Positions 49,528-59,733 of a stretch of 64,000 nucleotides of DNA are shown here, in pieces. The translations under genes and the position numbers were made by a program. The notes below the pieces were generated by a model that saw only the letters and a program-made list of their open reading frames with translations, was not told where the DNA came from and ran no database searches. Position 1 is the stretch's first letter, and every line of letters begins with the position of its first letter. Source of the DNA: a virus; the IMG/VR virus record IMGVR_UViG_3300045115_000211, positions 49,195 to 113,194 of that record; one strand, given 5' to 3'.

Positions 49528-49992
49528 ATGAATGGCAAGCGCGAGGTGAGTCGGGATTCGGTGCTGGCGGCGATCGCCGCGGGCGCCAAGAGCGTGACGG
49601 CCATCGGGCTGGCGCACGGGTACGGGAAGCCGGTGTCGGGCGCCGTGACGGCGCGGATCCGCGGGCTGGTCCCCGACGTGGCGGACCGCATCGCCGGCAA
49701 GGTGGCCGAGCCGAAGCCCGCCGTGCAGGTGGAGCAGCGCAAGGAGTACCGCGGCGAGGTCTACGGGAAGGTCTTCGCCGAGGCGGTGCGGGTCGGCGCC
49801 GAGCAGGGCGAGCAGCCCCGCAAGGCGGTGGTGGCGGTCGTGTCGCGGAAGACCGGGCTGGCCGAGACGCAGGTTTCGTTCGCCCTCCAGGTCTTCACGA
49901 CCCCGAAGCACCAGTCGAACATGGGCCGCAGCCGCAACGCGGCCACGCGGCGCGGGCACGTCCTGCTCGTGGCGTCCGAGGCAGAGGGCTGA
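49528..49992 (+). CDS. putative DNA-binding protein sharing its C-terminal domain with the GHKL ATPase
   Basis: AAGGAG RBS; SRKTG...LQVFTTPKHQSNMGRSR. Confidence 0.7.
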   Translation: MNGKREVSRDSVLAAIAAGAKSVTAIGLAHGYGKPVSGAVTARIRGLVPDVADRIAGKVAEPKPAVQVEQRKEYRGEVYGKVFAEAVRVGAEQGEQPRKAVVAVVSRKTGLAETQVSFALQVFTTPKHQSNMGRSRNAATRRGHVLLVASEAEG

Positions 49993-50170
49993 CTTTGACC
50001 CAATCCCGATCCTGGCCCCAACGTGGCCCGTCCCTCCGGGGACATCAGCGGTCGCAGGGTGCTGGGAGAAGGGGGCGGGTTTTCTTCCGGCGCAAGCCGG
50101 GGTGGTGGAGGTCGGACGGGAAACCGTCGACCCTGGGAGGGCGGGAGGGCAACCTCCCGCCCTCTCTTTT
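49993..50170 (+). ncRNA. candidate structured RNA / 3' UTR with tetraloop hairpins
   Basis: hairpins capped by UCCG, GCAA, GAAA, GCAA. Confidence 0.4.
50137..50170 (+). terminator. intrinsic terminator
   Basis: 12-bp stem, GCAA loop, TCTTTT tail. Confidence 0.75.
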
Positions 50171-50881
50171 GGCCTTGACTCCGTGGCGGCGGAGTGGCAC
50201 AATGTCGTCCGAGCCAAGCCGGAGGCTTCTCATGCTGGACGTGGTAGAAAGGCTTCCCGAGGGGGTGGAGATCTCGCGCCACCTGTGCGACAAGGCCCGC
50301 AAGCGCCGTCGCGGGAAGAGGAGGCATGCCTTCTTCCGGGTGTCCGTCTATGGGCGCCCGTTCTTCGTCCCCATCACCAGCGAGGCGTGGGACCTGCTTG
50401 GGCTGTCCGACTCCGACTTCGCGGAGGGCGACGACGAGGACCAGTCGGGCAAGGCGATCAGGACTGTGGAGTGCCGCAAGCCGGGCGTCGAGGACCTGCT
50501 CCGCCAGATCATCGACGCGATCTCCCTGCAGGTGAGGGACAACGTGCTGGACGGGATCGAGCGGTCGGTGATGGACGAGGTGACGTCGCGCCTGGAGCAG
50601 GCCCTGCGCGCCCCGATCCGCGCGTCGATCGAGGGCGCGGCCGACGAGCGTCTCAAGAGGGCCCTCCCGGAGGCTCATCCTCCGAGGCCATTGCCGCCAA
50701 TGACGGGGGTCAAGGAGGACGGCGATGGGCAAGGCTGAGGACAGGCTGATGGACGAGGCGCGGGAGATGCTCGACGACGCCCGCAGGATGCTCGACGACT
50801 CCTCCAGGAGCCTCGAAGGGTTCCGGGCCGAGCTGGTCGACGCGTCAGCGGCGCGCCAGCGCGACTGACGGGGAGGATGAG

Positions 50882-51064
50882 ATGAAGGCGAAGGCAAGGG
50901 TCGGGAGGCCGAGGACGAGGGATCCGCGGGGGCGGGTCCACAACTTCCGGCTGACGGAGGACGAGGCGAGGACTTTCCGCGCGAACGTCCTCGTGAGGGG
51001 CTCCACGATCAGCAGGGTGATCCGCGAGCGGATCGCGGACCTGCTGGTCGCGCGAGCGGGATGA
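50882..51064 (+). CDS. small RHH-like DNA-binding protein
   Basis: GRP, FRLTEDE, G.TISRVIR; GGAGG RBS. Confidence 0.65.
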   Translation: MKAKARVGRPRTRDPRGRVHNFRLTEDEARTFRANVLVRGSTISRVIRERIADLLVARAG

Positions 51065-51469
51065 CGGAACACGCCGCCCCGAACGCGGGGAGCAACGAAG
51101 GAGGCCAGGATGAGATACGGGACATGGGGACGCGAATGGACGGACAGCACGATCATACCGCGGGAGGCCCTGGAGGAGGGCAAGCTCCTGCCGTGGATGC
51201 GTCAGGACGACCGACTAGGGAGATGCGGCGCGACTTCGAGGAGGCCATCGCCGGCTTCAGGAAGGCCGCGGCGGAGCGCGCCCGCGCCGAGCGCGCGTCC
51301 GGGAAGGCGCCGGAGCGCAAGCCCGACGATCCCGTCGCCCCCGTCGGGGAGTGGAGGAAGGGGGAGCCCCTCAAGCTCCTCAGGGTCAGCGTCACGGGGC
51401 GCTCGAACTTCGGCGTGCTGATGGCGGCCGCGTTCAGGCTGCTCTTCACGGGCAGGACCACGTTCACCT

Positions 51470-52300
51470 TCAGGAAGCCGGTGAGGGAGACGACGTGAGC
51501 ATTTTGCGCAAGAGACCGATTCGAGGTGGCGACCGATGAAGGGCTTCGTACACCTTGGCGCCCTCCCTGACGTTGAAGTGAACGGATTGGTATGTCTTGG
51601 CGTCGCGGAGAAATCCCGTGGCTTCGGATGTCCTCCAGCACCAGTCCCTGAAGGAACGGATGACGCTGGCGTTGCCGGTGAGGCCGATCCTCCTGACGGT
51701 CGCACTGTTTGCGTCACGCATGACATAGCCATCCCCGTCCACAAGCCCGCGGTAATAGAACTCTTCGAGTTCAGTGCCGGAAAGCCAGTTCGGAACGACT
51801 CCGACCCATGTCTTCCTCGGCACGACTCCCCATTCCTCCAGGTCCGCCACCATCCTGCGGCTGCAGATTCGCACCGTGACGAACTCCAGCAGCCTGCCTT
51901 CGGGGAACGTCTTGTTTGGCTTGGTCATCCTTTTCAACACCCCGATCGGACCAGAATATCCGGCAAACGACTTGAGCCCTTTGGCGACATCCACGTCCTT
52001 GGAAAGGATCATCAGGGACATGAGATGCCATCTCGGGTCGATGCTTCCGTCGGCCATAAGGAACCCAGCGTAGTACGCCGCTTCCGGGGTTCGTTGGGAG
52101 AAAGCGTCTTGGCGGCATTCATACCTTCGACGTTCGGCTGGTTGCCTCCTTGGGATGCCATGGGCGGAGAGGATTGTCCTGATCTTCTCCCTCGACACTC
52201 CGAGCCTCATTCCGACTTGCGGAAGCGTCATCCCTTCTTTGTACAATCCGATGGCGACATTGTGGTCTGGCTCGCGCCCGCATTGCTGTGATTCATTCAT
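51470..52300 (-). CDS. free-standing LAGLIDADG homing endonuclease
   Basis: AYYAGFLMADG and FYYRGLVDGDG; N-terminal HTH. Confidence 0.88.
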   Translation of the reverse strand: MNESQQCGREPDHNVAIGLYKEGMTLPQVGMRLGVSREKIRTILSAHGIPRRQPAERRRYECRQDAFSQRTPEAAYYAGFLMADGSIDPRWHLMSLMILSKDVDVAKGLKSFAGYSGPIGVLKRMTKPNKTFPEGRLLEFVTVRICSRRMVADLEEWGVVPRKTWVGVVPNWLSGTELEEFYYRGLVDGDGYVMRDANSATVRRIGLTGNASVIRSFRDWCWRTSEATGFLRDAKTYQSVHFNVREGAKVYEALHRSPPRIGLLRKMLTSSPSPAS

Positions 52301-53072
52301 AACTGGTTTTTCAACAATGAAGACAAGAAACCCCTTCTTTTGAGGAGACTGTATAATGAGTGTGAACGCATGCGTGGGTGGCGAGCAGCACAATTTCAAG
52401 CCGATGCTGGTCGAGACGGCGCCGCCGTCCATCGATGAACTGCAGGCGGTGGGGGTCAACGACGGCGGGGATCCGGGGGACGAGATGTCGTTCGACGCCG
52501 ACGACCGCGTGAAGCTGATCCTGGCGATGAGCCGCAGGCGGTACAATGTGGTCTGCGAGGCGTGCGGCGCGATCGCCTGCGCGTTCTCGGGCAAGGTGGA
52601 AGGCGACGATGGGACTGCCGGCTAACGTCACGGTCATCCAGGTCAGCCCGGAGATGGTGCAGGTCTCTGGGTGGGCCACGGAGCCGTTCGTGATGACCGA
52701 GGCGTCCGCCAGGCGGAACCTCGAACGGGTCCGCTCCAGGCGCGCGTCGTACGCGACGCCCCAGGACTACGAGCGGCACCTGTCGGTGCCCTTGGAGGCG
52801 ATGAGGCTGATGGGCTGGGAGGTGCCGCCCGACCAGTCGGTCGTGCCGCCCAAGCCCGAGGCGGCCGTGGCTCCTGCGGCGCCTGCGACGCCGGCGTCGC
52901 CTGACGTCCATCCGCCTGCTCTGCCTGCTCCGCCCGCCGTGGCCGTCGAGCCCACTCCAGCCCCCCAGATGGAGTTCAGGTTCGACGAACCCGCCAAGCC
53001 GTCCCCTGCGGAAGGCAGTGGGGACGGAGGCAAGTCCTGGGTCGACGAGATGGTATCGTCCGAGAAGCCGAG

Positions 53073-53639
53073 TCAAGTCTGATGTCCAACCACGGAGTGG
53101 GCGTGGACACAAGCCACCCAATCGAGGAACTCTTCACGTGTTCTGTCCAATTTTGCGTAGTTGCACCATTTGCAACACGGAACACAATTGGATGGCACAT
53201 ACCCGACCATCGGGTTTAGACGGTCTATCCCGTTGTGGACGTAAACGCCATGGTACCTGTCATGGCTCGTTCCTGATCGTTGAGATGGCTGTTGGCCACA
53301 GTAATAGCACGGCGACGACGTGAGGACGGCGAATGACTCGCGATCGATGCCGAATTCTAGCCGTCGTCTCTTGGCTTGAGACTTGTAGGAGTTGAAGAGT
53401 TTGTGGAAAGATGCCGCTCTTTCGCCCAACGAGAACTTCCGACCGATCTTCGCAGCCTCCTCTCTTTGCAGGCATCCGCAACTGCGTGACCGACCCCATC
53501 TGACGTCCTTTTCCGTGCCACATTCGCATCGGCATCTGCACCACCTGTGGCCGCTCCCGTCAAGTCCGAGGATTGAGATTGCCGTCCAGCGACCAAAAAG
53601 AGACCCGACTTCTGGATGATTCGTTCGTCCCCTTCTCAT
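53073..53639 (-). CDS. HNH homing endonuclease
   Basis: FGRW, CRCECG, SCGC, PCYYCG, NGIDR...GY..SNCVPCC..CN. Confidence 0.88.
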   Translation of the reverse strand: MRRGRTNHPEVGSLFGRWTAISILGLDGSGHRWCRCRCECGTEKDVRWGRSRSCGCLQREEAAKIGRKFSLGERAASFHKLFNSYKSQAKRRRLEFGIDRESFAVLTSSPCYYCGQQPSQRSGTSHDRYHGVYVHNGIDRLNPMVGYVPSNCVPCCKWCNYAKLDRTREEFLDWVACVHAHSVVGHQT

Positions 53640-53762
53640 GCGACCTCCTGTGGTTCGGGAACCATTATGTTATTCCCGTGACTTTCTCCATTCCCTGCTT
53701 GACTTCCTTGCGAGGTTGTGGCATCATCAGTGTCGTTCGTTAGCCAAGAAAGGACCATTGAC

Positions 53763-55802
53763 ATGCGAGAGACACGCCAGTTCAAGATGCACCCCCATCT
53801 CCTGCTTGACGTCATGCGCAGGCAGGCGGGATCGATCTCAAAGGCCTGCTTGGAAGGCATCATGAATTCCGTCGATGCTGGGGCCACGCGGTGCGACCTG
53901 ACCCTGACATCAACAACCCTCACGATCAGCGACGATGGGCGTGGCCTGCGCAACAGGGACGAGATTGTCCGTTGGTGGGAGGTCTTTGGCCAGCCGCACG
54001 AGGCTGACGAAGGCAAGACGTATGGTGCGTTCCGGATGGGACGGGGGCAGATCTTCTCGTTCGGGCACAACACATGGCGGAGTTCCAAGTTCCTGATGCT
54101 GGTCGACATCAAGACCAAGGGCCTGGATTACCAGCTCTCGTGCGACGAGAAGGAAGTGAATGGTTGCCATATCAATGTCGCCCTGTATGACCCCCTGTTG
54201 CCGAGCGACCTGCATGGCACGATCAGGGAAATCGAGAAGATGGCGAAGTACGTCCCGCTTACACTGTCCCTGAACGGCAAGGTCGTGTCGGTCGATCCGT
54301 CCAAGGAAAAGTGGGACCACGTGACGGACGAGGCGTACGTCAGGCTCCGCGACGGGTCGACCCTCGCCGTCTACAACCTCGGCGTGTGGGTCAAGGACTT
54401 CGGCAACTGGCAGTTCGGCTGCGGGGGCGTGGTCGTGTCCCGCCAGCAGCTCCGCCTCAACTTCGCCCGCAACGAGATCATGGAAAAGGACTGCGCCGTG
54501 TGGCGCAAGGTGCGCAGGCTGGTCGACCAGAAGGCGACGGAGCGCAACAAGCGCAAGCCGACGCTGGACGACGGCGAGCGGCAGAGGCTCGCCGAGCAGG
54601 TCGCCAACGGCGAGATCGAGTCTAGCGAGGCCGCCGACCTCAAGATCTTCACGGACGTCAGCGGGCGGCACCTGTCCGCCAGCCAGCTCGCCCGCAGCAG
54701 GAACGGCGGGAACCTGACGGTCGCCCCGAAGGGGGACAGGCTCGGCGACAAGCTCCACCAGAGCGGGGCGTACTTCGTGATGGCGGAGGAGACCATCGAG
54801 CGGTTCGGCTGCGACGGGCTGAAGGGGCTGGTCAGGATCGTGCAGTCCAACTGCGGGATCAGGTACTACAAGCCAGAGATCGTGCCGTTCAGGGAAGCCA
54901 CGAAGGGGATGGACTCGAAGCACGTGATCCTCGACCCCAAGCAGTGGAACGCCAGGGAGAAGGCGTGGGTCGCCCTGATACAGGGCAACCAGCGGTCGCT
55001 GGCGTGGGGCTTCGTCCACGGCACGGACGCCGACTGGAACGAGGCGATGGGGGCGAGGCGCAAGGTGCTGGTCGGGGAGTCCGAGTCCGCCGACGGCTGG
55101 ACGGACGGCTCGACCTACGTGGCGTACTCGCGCAGGTTCCTCCAGTACCTCCAGTTCTCGATGAGGGGGGCGATGCAGGTCGCGGAGCTCGCCCTGCACG
55201 AGCAGTGCCACGACGACGAGGACGTGGGGACGCACGTCCACGGCCCCGACTTCTACCAGCGGTTCCACGACTGCGTGGCGGGCGCGAGGGAGATGGCGTA
55301 CGCCATCTTCATGGAGATGCCGAAGGTCGTGGAGCAGCACGGCAGGAGCCTCAACTCGTGGATCCTCAAGCAGAAGGACGCCGAGGCGAAGCTGGCGGCG
55401 GCGAAGGCGAGGCATCCGAAGGTCGCGGGGGACGAGCAGCAGCCCATACCCATCGATCCGAAGCCCGCTGTCACGAAGCCCGAGCCGAAGCCCGAGCAGA
55501 GGCCGGAGGGAGTGGCGGCGAGCGCCGTCAAGGTCACGGCAGTCCAGGCGCAGGGCGGCAACCCCTACAAGGCGTCGTCCTCGTACGGCGTCCTGTTCGC
55601 CCTCGGCAGCCAGAAGGATTGGAAGCGGGACGAGTTGCTGGAGGCGGCTTCCCGCGTGACGGGAAAGAGCGTCGAGTCGCTGGCGATGTCCCTGCAGGTC
55701 CTGATGAACCCGAACCACAAGTCCAACGGCGGCAAGAGCCGCGCCGTGCGCGACGGCGAGTTGGTGAGGCTGGTCAGGGCGTCGTTGACAGAGGCGGCGT
55801 GA
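53763..55802 (+). CDS. GHKL (Hsp90/MORC-like) ATPase with HExxH motif and C-terminal shared domain
   Basis: EGIMNSVDAGA, SDDGRG, GAFRMG; WTDG...LHEQCH. Confidence 0.85.
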   Translation: MRETRQFKMHPHLLLDVMRRQAGSISKACLEGIMNSVDAGATRCDLTLTSTTLTISDDGRGLRNRDEIVRWWEVFGQPHEADEGKTYGAFRMGRGQIFSFGHNTWRSSKFLMLVDIKTKGLDYQLSCDEKEVNGCHINVALYDPLLPSDLHGTIREIEKMAKYVPLTLSLNGKVVSVDPSKEKWDHVTDEAYVRLRDGSTLAVYNLGVWVKDFGNWQFGCGGVVVSRQQLRLNFARNEIMEKDCAVWRKVRRLVDQKATERNKRKPTLDDGERQRLAEQVANGEIESSEAADLKIFTDVSGRHLSASQLARSRNGGNLTVAPKGDRLGDKLHQSGAYFVMAEETIERFGCDGLKGLVRIVQSNCGIRYYKPEIVPFREATKGMDSKHVILDPKQWNAREKAWVALIQGNQRSLAWGFVHGTDADWNEAMGARRKVLVGESESADGWTDGSTYVAYSRRFLQYLQFSMRGAMQVAELALHEQCHDDEDVGTHVHGPDFYQRFHDCVAGAREMAYAIFMEMPKVVEQHGRSLNSWILKQKDAEAKLAAAKARHPKVAGDEQQPIPIDPKPAVTKPEPKPEQRPEGVAASAVKVTAVQAQGGNPYKASSSYGVLFALGSQKDWKRDELLEAASRVTGKSVESLAMSLQVLMNPNHKSNGGKSRAVRDGELVRLVRASLTEAA

Positions 55803-55880
55803 TGGTGGTTGACAAGGTGGCGCGAACGTGGTAGGATGTGTGTCGATCGGCAACGTAGGCATAAGGAAAGGAGCGACTGG

Positions 55881-56846
55881 ATGAGCAAGGTCAAGTCTTG
55901 GATCGAGAGTTGGAGGAACGGGCAGGGCGTCAAGGTGTGCGTCGGCGTGCTGGACGTCGGGCTGGCGCGATGGCTGCTGGAGAACGAGGCGTACACGCGC
56001 GGCCACAAGCCGCACTTCATCCGCCGCTATGCGAAGCACCTCAGCCAGGGGGAATGGCACCTCACCGGGGAGACGATCGTCCTGAACCGCCGCGTCGAGA
56101 TGGTGGAGGGGCACAACCGCTGCATGGCGGTCGTGGCGACGGGAATCCCGATGGAGGTCGTGTTCGTCGTCGGCGTGACGGACGAGGCCGTCGCCTACAT
56201 CAACTCCGGGTGCCCCCGCAGCGCCGCCGTCCGGCGCGGGGCCGCCGAAGGCAAGGCCGCCAACTCGGTGCAGTCGCAGCTCATCACCAGGATGATGCAG
56301 ACCGACAGGATGATCCTCCAGGACCTGCCGTCCTACCACCAGCACGAGCGCGTGTCGGACATCTCCATCTCGGCGCTCAACGACTTCCACGAGAGGTACG
56401 CGGATGGCATCGAATTCGCCATCGAGCACCTCACGAGGAAGAAGGACAGGCTCAGCAACGCGTCGATCATGGCGGCGGTCGCGAAGGCGTACTACCACAC
56501 GCGCAACTTCGCCGGTGGAAGGGAACGGCTCGTGGAGTTCTGCGAGATCCTCAGGACGTCGAAGCCTCGCACGGAGGCCGACTATGCGGCCGTGGATCTG
56601 CGCCGGAGCCTCATCGAGAAGACGAAGAACGCCGACAACCACCGTGGCGCCGTCGTGTACCTCAAGGCGGCGTACTGCCTGGACGCGTTCATGCGTGGGG
56701 TCGGCGTCAAGAAGGTCATCCCGACAAGGGTGGACCCGTTCCCTCTGCCCCAGGCCGCGGAGGAGTTCGACGTCTTCGACAGCGAGGGCGTGGAAGAGCA
56801 GGTGAACAGGGCCATCGCCGAGGTCGCGGTCACGCCCCCGGCATGA
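55881..56846 (+). CDS. ParB/Srx-like protein, paralogue of 20350..21537
   Basis: LARWLL, GEW..TGETI, EGHNR, AAVAKAY, FCEIL, FPL. Confidence 0.75.
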   Translation: MSKVKSWIESWRNGQGVKVCVGVLDVGLARWLLENEAYTRGHKPHFIRRYAKHLSQGEWHLTGETIVLNRRVEMVEGHNRCMAVVATGIPMEVVFVVGVTDEAVAYINSGCPRSAAVRRGAAEGKAANSVQSQLITRMMQTDRMILQDLPSYHQHERVSDISISALNDFHERYADGIEFAIEHLTRKKDRLSNASIMAAVAKAYYHTRNFAGGRERLVEFCEILRTSKPRTEADYAAVDLRRSLIEKTKNADNHRGAVVYLKAAYCLDAFMRGVGVKKVIPTRVDPFPLPQAAEEFDVFDSEGVEEQVNRAIAEVAVTPPA

Positions 56847-57415
56847 CCCCGATCACGAGACACAACGGGAGGCTCGTGGTGAGGCATTCCTCGCGCGAGC
56901 CTACCCCTTTCCTGAAGGGCCTGGCGGACGACGTCGGCCGGCTGCGCGCGGCGGCCCGCAGGATCCACTCCCGCCCCCCGAGGGCGATCGACGTCGGCGC
57001 CGGCAACATGCGCAACGTGGAGTGGCTGCGGGCCAACGACTGGGACGTGCTGCCGTTCGACCTCAAGCCCGAGCCTGGCTGCTGGCCACTCGACCTCGAA
57101 TCCCACGGCCTGCCTGTGTTCGTCGGTGCGGCGGAGCTCGTGCTCTGCCAGTACCTCCTGATGTTCCTGTCCGACGCTGCCATCAGGCGGCTGATCCCCC
57201 AGTTGTTCGCGGCGTGCGGCCCCACGGGGATGGTCGTCGTCGAGACCCAGGCGGTCAAGACGGGAAGGCTTGACGGAGACGGACTCGCCAGAGTGATGGA
57301 CTCCATCGATGGGACGGCGGTTAGGCTCGGCTTCGTGCGCCTCGCGACGTCGTTCTCCGCGGGGAGAAGCCCGTCCTTCAAGGCGGCGTGGGCGACCAGG
57401 CTGAAAGGAGCGTGA
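56843..57415 (+). CDS. class I SAM-dependent methyltransferase-like protein
   Basis: AIDVGAGNMRN; YLLMFL. Confidence 0.7.
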   Translation: MTPITRHNGRLVVRHSSREPTPFLKGLADDVGRLRAAARRIHSRPPRAIDVGAGNMRNVEWLRANDWDVLPFDLKPEPGCWPLDLESHGLPVFVGAAELVLCQYLLMFLSDAAIRRLIPQLFAACGPTGMVVVETQAVKTGRLDGDGLARVMDSIDGTAVRLGFVRLATSFSAGRSPSFKAAWATRLKGA

Positions 57416-57416
57416 C

Positions 57417-57854
57417 ATGGCTACCCAGGGATTGGTCTCGGTCGTGTGGGCCGGCAGGGTCGTGGCGAAGGTCGTCTCCGGCAGCGACGGCATGAAGGCG
57501 AAGGACGTCGCCCGGTCGATCGTCGCACAGCTCCGGGGCGGCGTCCCGGACGTGGGCTTCCTGGACGCCATCGCCGACGCCCATGGGTTCGGCCATCAGG
57601 GGATCAACCGCATCGCCGTGGCCAAGGAGTCCAACGTCCCCTCGGACGACAGGCTCCTGGGCATCGGATGGCTCGTCGATGAAGGCGAGGACGAGCTCGT
57701 CGACAGGATCCGCAGGACGTTCCACATGCGGCGCTTCAACCCCAGGTGGGACAAGGGATCGGCGGACCACGTCTGGATCGCCAACATGGACACGGGCAAC
57801 GCCTACCGCTCGCGATCCGGGATGCCCCTGCCCACTGGATGCGCGGGCGCTTGA
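57417..57854 (+). CDS. hypothetical protein
   Basis: AAGGAG RBS. Confidence 0.65.
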   Translation: MATQGLVSVVWAGRVVAKVVSGSDGMKAKDVARSIVAQLRGGVPDVGFLDAIADAHGFGHQGINRIAVAKESNVPSDDRLLGIGWLVDEGEDELVDRIRRTFHMRRFNPRWDKGSADHVWIANMDTGNAYRSRSGMPLPTGCAGA

Positions 57855-58101
57855 CTTGCGCGCGCCATCGTGGTAGCATATGGCCATGAGTTCGAGGAAG
57901 CCAGGATACGACCCCGTGCGGGCGGCCAAGTTCGACCGCGAGATCGACGAGCTGTGCAGGTCGGCCCGCTCGCTCGAACGCGACACCATCAGGATGTGCA
58001 GGGCCCTTCCCGGCTGGCGGGAGGGGAGGATCGAGGACATGCGCAAGAGGCGCGAGGCGGGGACCGGCCTGAACAGGTCGTCGGAGAAGGGAGCGGGCGG
58101 G

Positions 58102-58878
58102 ATGAGGATCAGGACCGTGGCGATCGATCCGGACGTGGAGCAGGTGATGCGGGCGGCCAGGCTGGACGGCGACAACCTCGCCATGCAGGGGTAGCTCAGC
58201 CCGGCGCTCTACAAGAAGACCATGAAGGTGCTGGAGCTCATCGGCTTCAGGTGGGACCGCAGGGCGAAGTGCCACGTGGGCCAGCCCGGGTCCGCCGACG
58301 CCCTGCGCGAGGCCCTCGCGGGCGGGAAGGTCGTGGACGAGAAGCAGACCTACCAGTTCTTCGAGACGCCCGACCTTCTGGCGTCGCGGATGGCCGCGCT
58401 CGCCCAGATCGAGCCGACGCACTCGGTGCTGGAGCCGAGCGCCGGCAAGGGCGCCATCCTTCGGGCGATCGTCGCCTGCGGGTCGGCCCCCGCAGTGATC
58501 GACGTCTGCGAGCTGAACCCCAAGATGGCGGATGAGCTCAAGGCCTGCAACTCGGCGCTCGTGGTCGGCGACGACTTCCTCAAGCTGGAGGGCCGCAGGT
58601 ACGACCGCATCGTGATGAACCCCCCGTTCACGCAAGATCAGGCCGTGCGCCATGTCAGACGCGCCTACGACCTTCTCAATCCGGGAGGAAGACTGGTAGC
58701 CATCATGGACAAGGGGTGGATGTTCGGCTCAAGCAAGGTGCGGCGCCAGTTCAAGGAGTGGCATGACGCCTTGCTGGATGCTGGGATGGCGTCCATTCCC
58801 GAGGACTTGCCTCCTGGCACGTTCCGTGAAAGCGGAACGGACGTCGGCGCAGTCTTGGTGGTCATCTCGAAGGAATGA
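58102..58878 (+). pseudogene. N6-adenine/N4-cytosine type DNA methyltransferase with in-frame TAG at 58192-58194
   Basis: QFFETP, LEPSAGKG, IVMNPPF, GGRLVAI, FRESGT; same frame on both sides of the TAG. Confidence 0.75.
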
Positions 58879-58929
58879 AGGTTTCCAGCCATGCCATAAC
58901 GAAATATCCCTTGTCAAGGAGGGATCGTT

Positions 58930-59733
58930 ATGGCGAAGGCTGGCATATACGTCATTCTCAATCGCTCGTCAAACAAGAGTTATGTCGGGCAATCGGTTGA
59001 CCTCGGTCAACGGATGCGCAGGCACAAGCATCATTTGAGGGCTGGACGGCACGTCAATCGCCATCTCCAGGCGGCTTGGGACAAGGACGGCGAGGGGGCA
59101 TTTGAGTTCGTGATCGTGGCGGAGGTTTCTAGGCCAGACAGGGAGGGACTCGTCAGCGAGTTGAACCGCCTTGAGAAGGACACGATTCTGCGGAGAGGGT
59201 CGTTCGGGCCTGGCGGGTACAACATGGACTCGGGGGGGCTGAACAGGGTCGTCTCTGCGGAAACGAAAGCCCGACTCAAGGAGTCTCGCCGTGGCCAGAA
59301 GCCGTATGTCAGGACGGATGCCATGCGACGAGCGCTTCGGCAGGCGAACTTGGGCAAGCGACTGTCTCCCGAAACGCGCTTGAAGTTGAGCATGGCTGCC
59401 ATGGGCAAGCCTGCTTGGAACAAGGGGAAGAGATACAAGACTCGTCCGTGCACGGAAAGTCGCAGGCGACTCATCAGTTTGGCACAGATGGGCAGCAAGA
59501 ACCACAACTTCGGCAAGACTACTCCAGAGTCCGTCAAGGACAAGATCAGGGCGGCAAACTGCGGGTCGAAATGCCACTTGGCCAAGTTGACGGAGGACAA
59601 GGTGGCAGTCATCAAGCGCAGGCTGCAAGATGGAGAGTCTGGCTCGGCATTGGCCAAGGAGTATGGAGTTGCTCCAACGCAGATCAGTTGCATACGCCTC
59701 GGCAAGACATGGAGGCATGTCGAGGTCGCCTGA
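58930..59733 (+). CDS. GIY-YIG homing endonuclease with NUMOD3 repeats and C-terminal HTH
   Basis: AGIYVI...YVGQS, HVNRHLQAAW, GYN, AKLTEDKV. Confidence 0.9.
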   Translation: MAKAGIYVILNRSSNKSYVGQSVDLGQRMRRHKHHLRAGRHVNRHLQAAWDKDGEGAFEFVIVAEVSRPDREGLVSELNRLEKDTILRRGSFGPGGYNMDSGGLNRVVSAETKARLKESRRGQKPYVRTDAMRRALRQANLGKRLSPETRLKLSMAAMGKPAWNKGKRYKTRPCTESRRRLISLAQMGSKNHNFGKTTPESVKDKIRAANCGSKCHLAKLTEDKVAVIKRRLQDGESGSALAKEYGVAPTQISCIRLGKTWRHVEVA

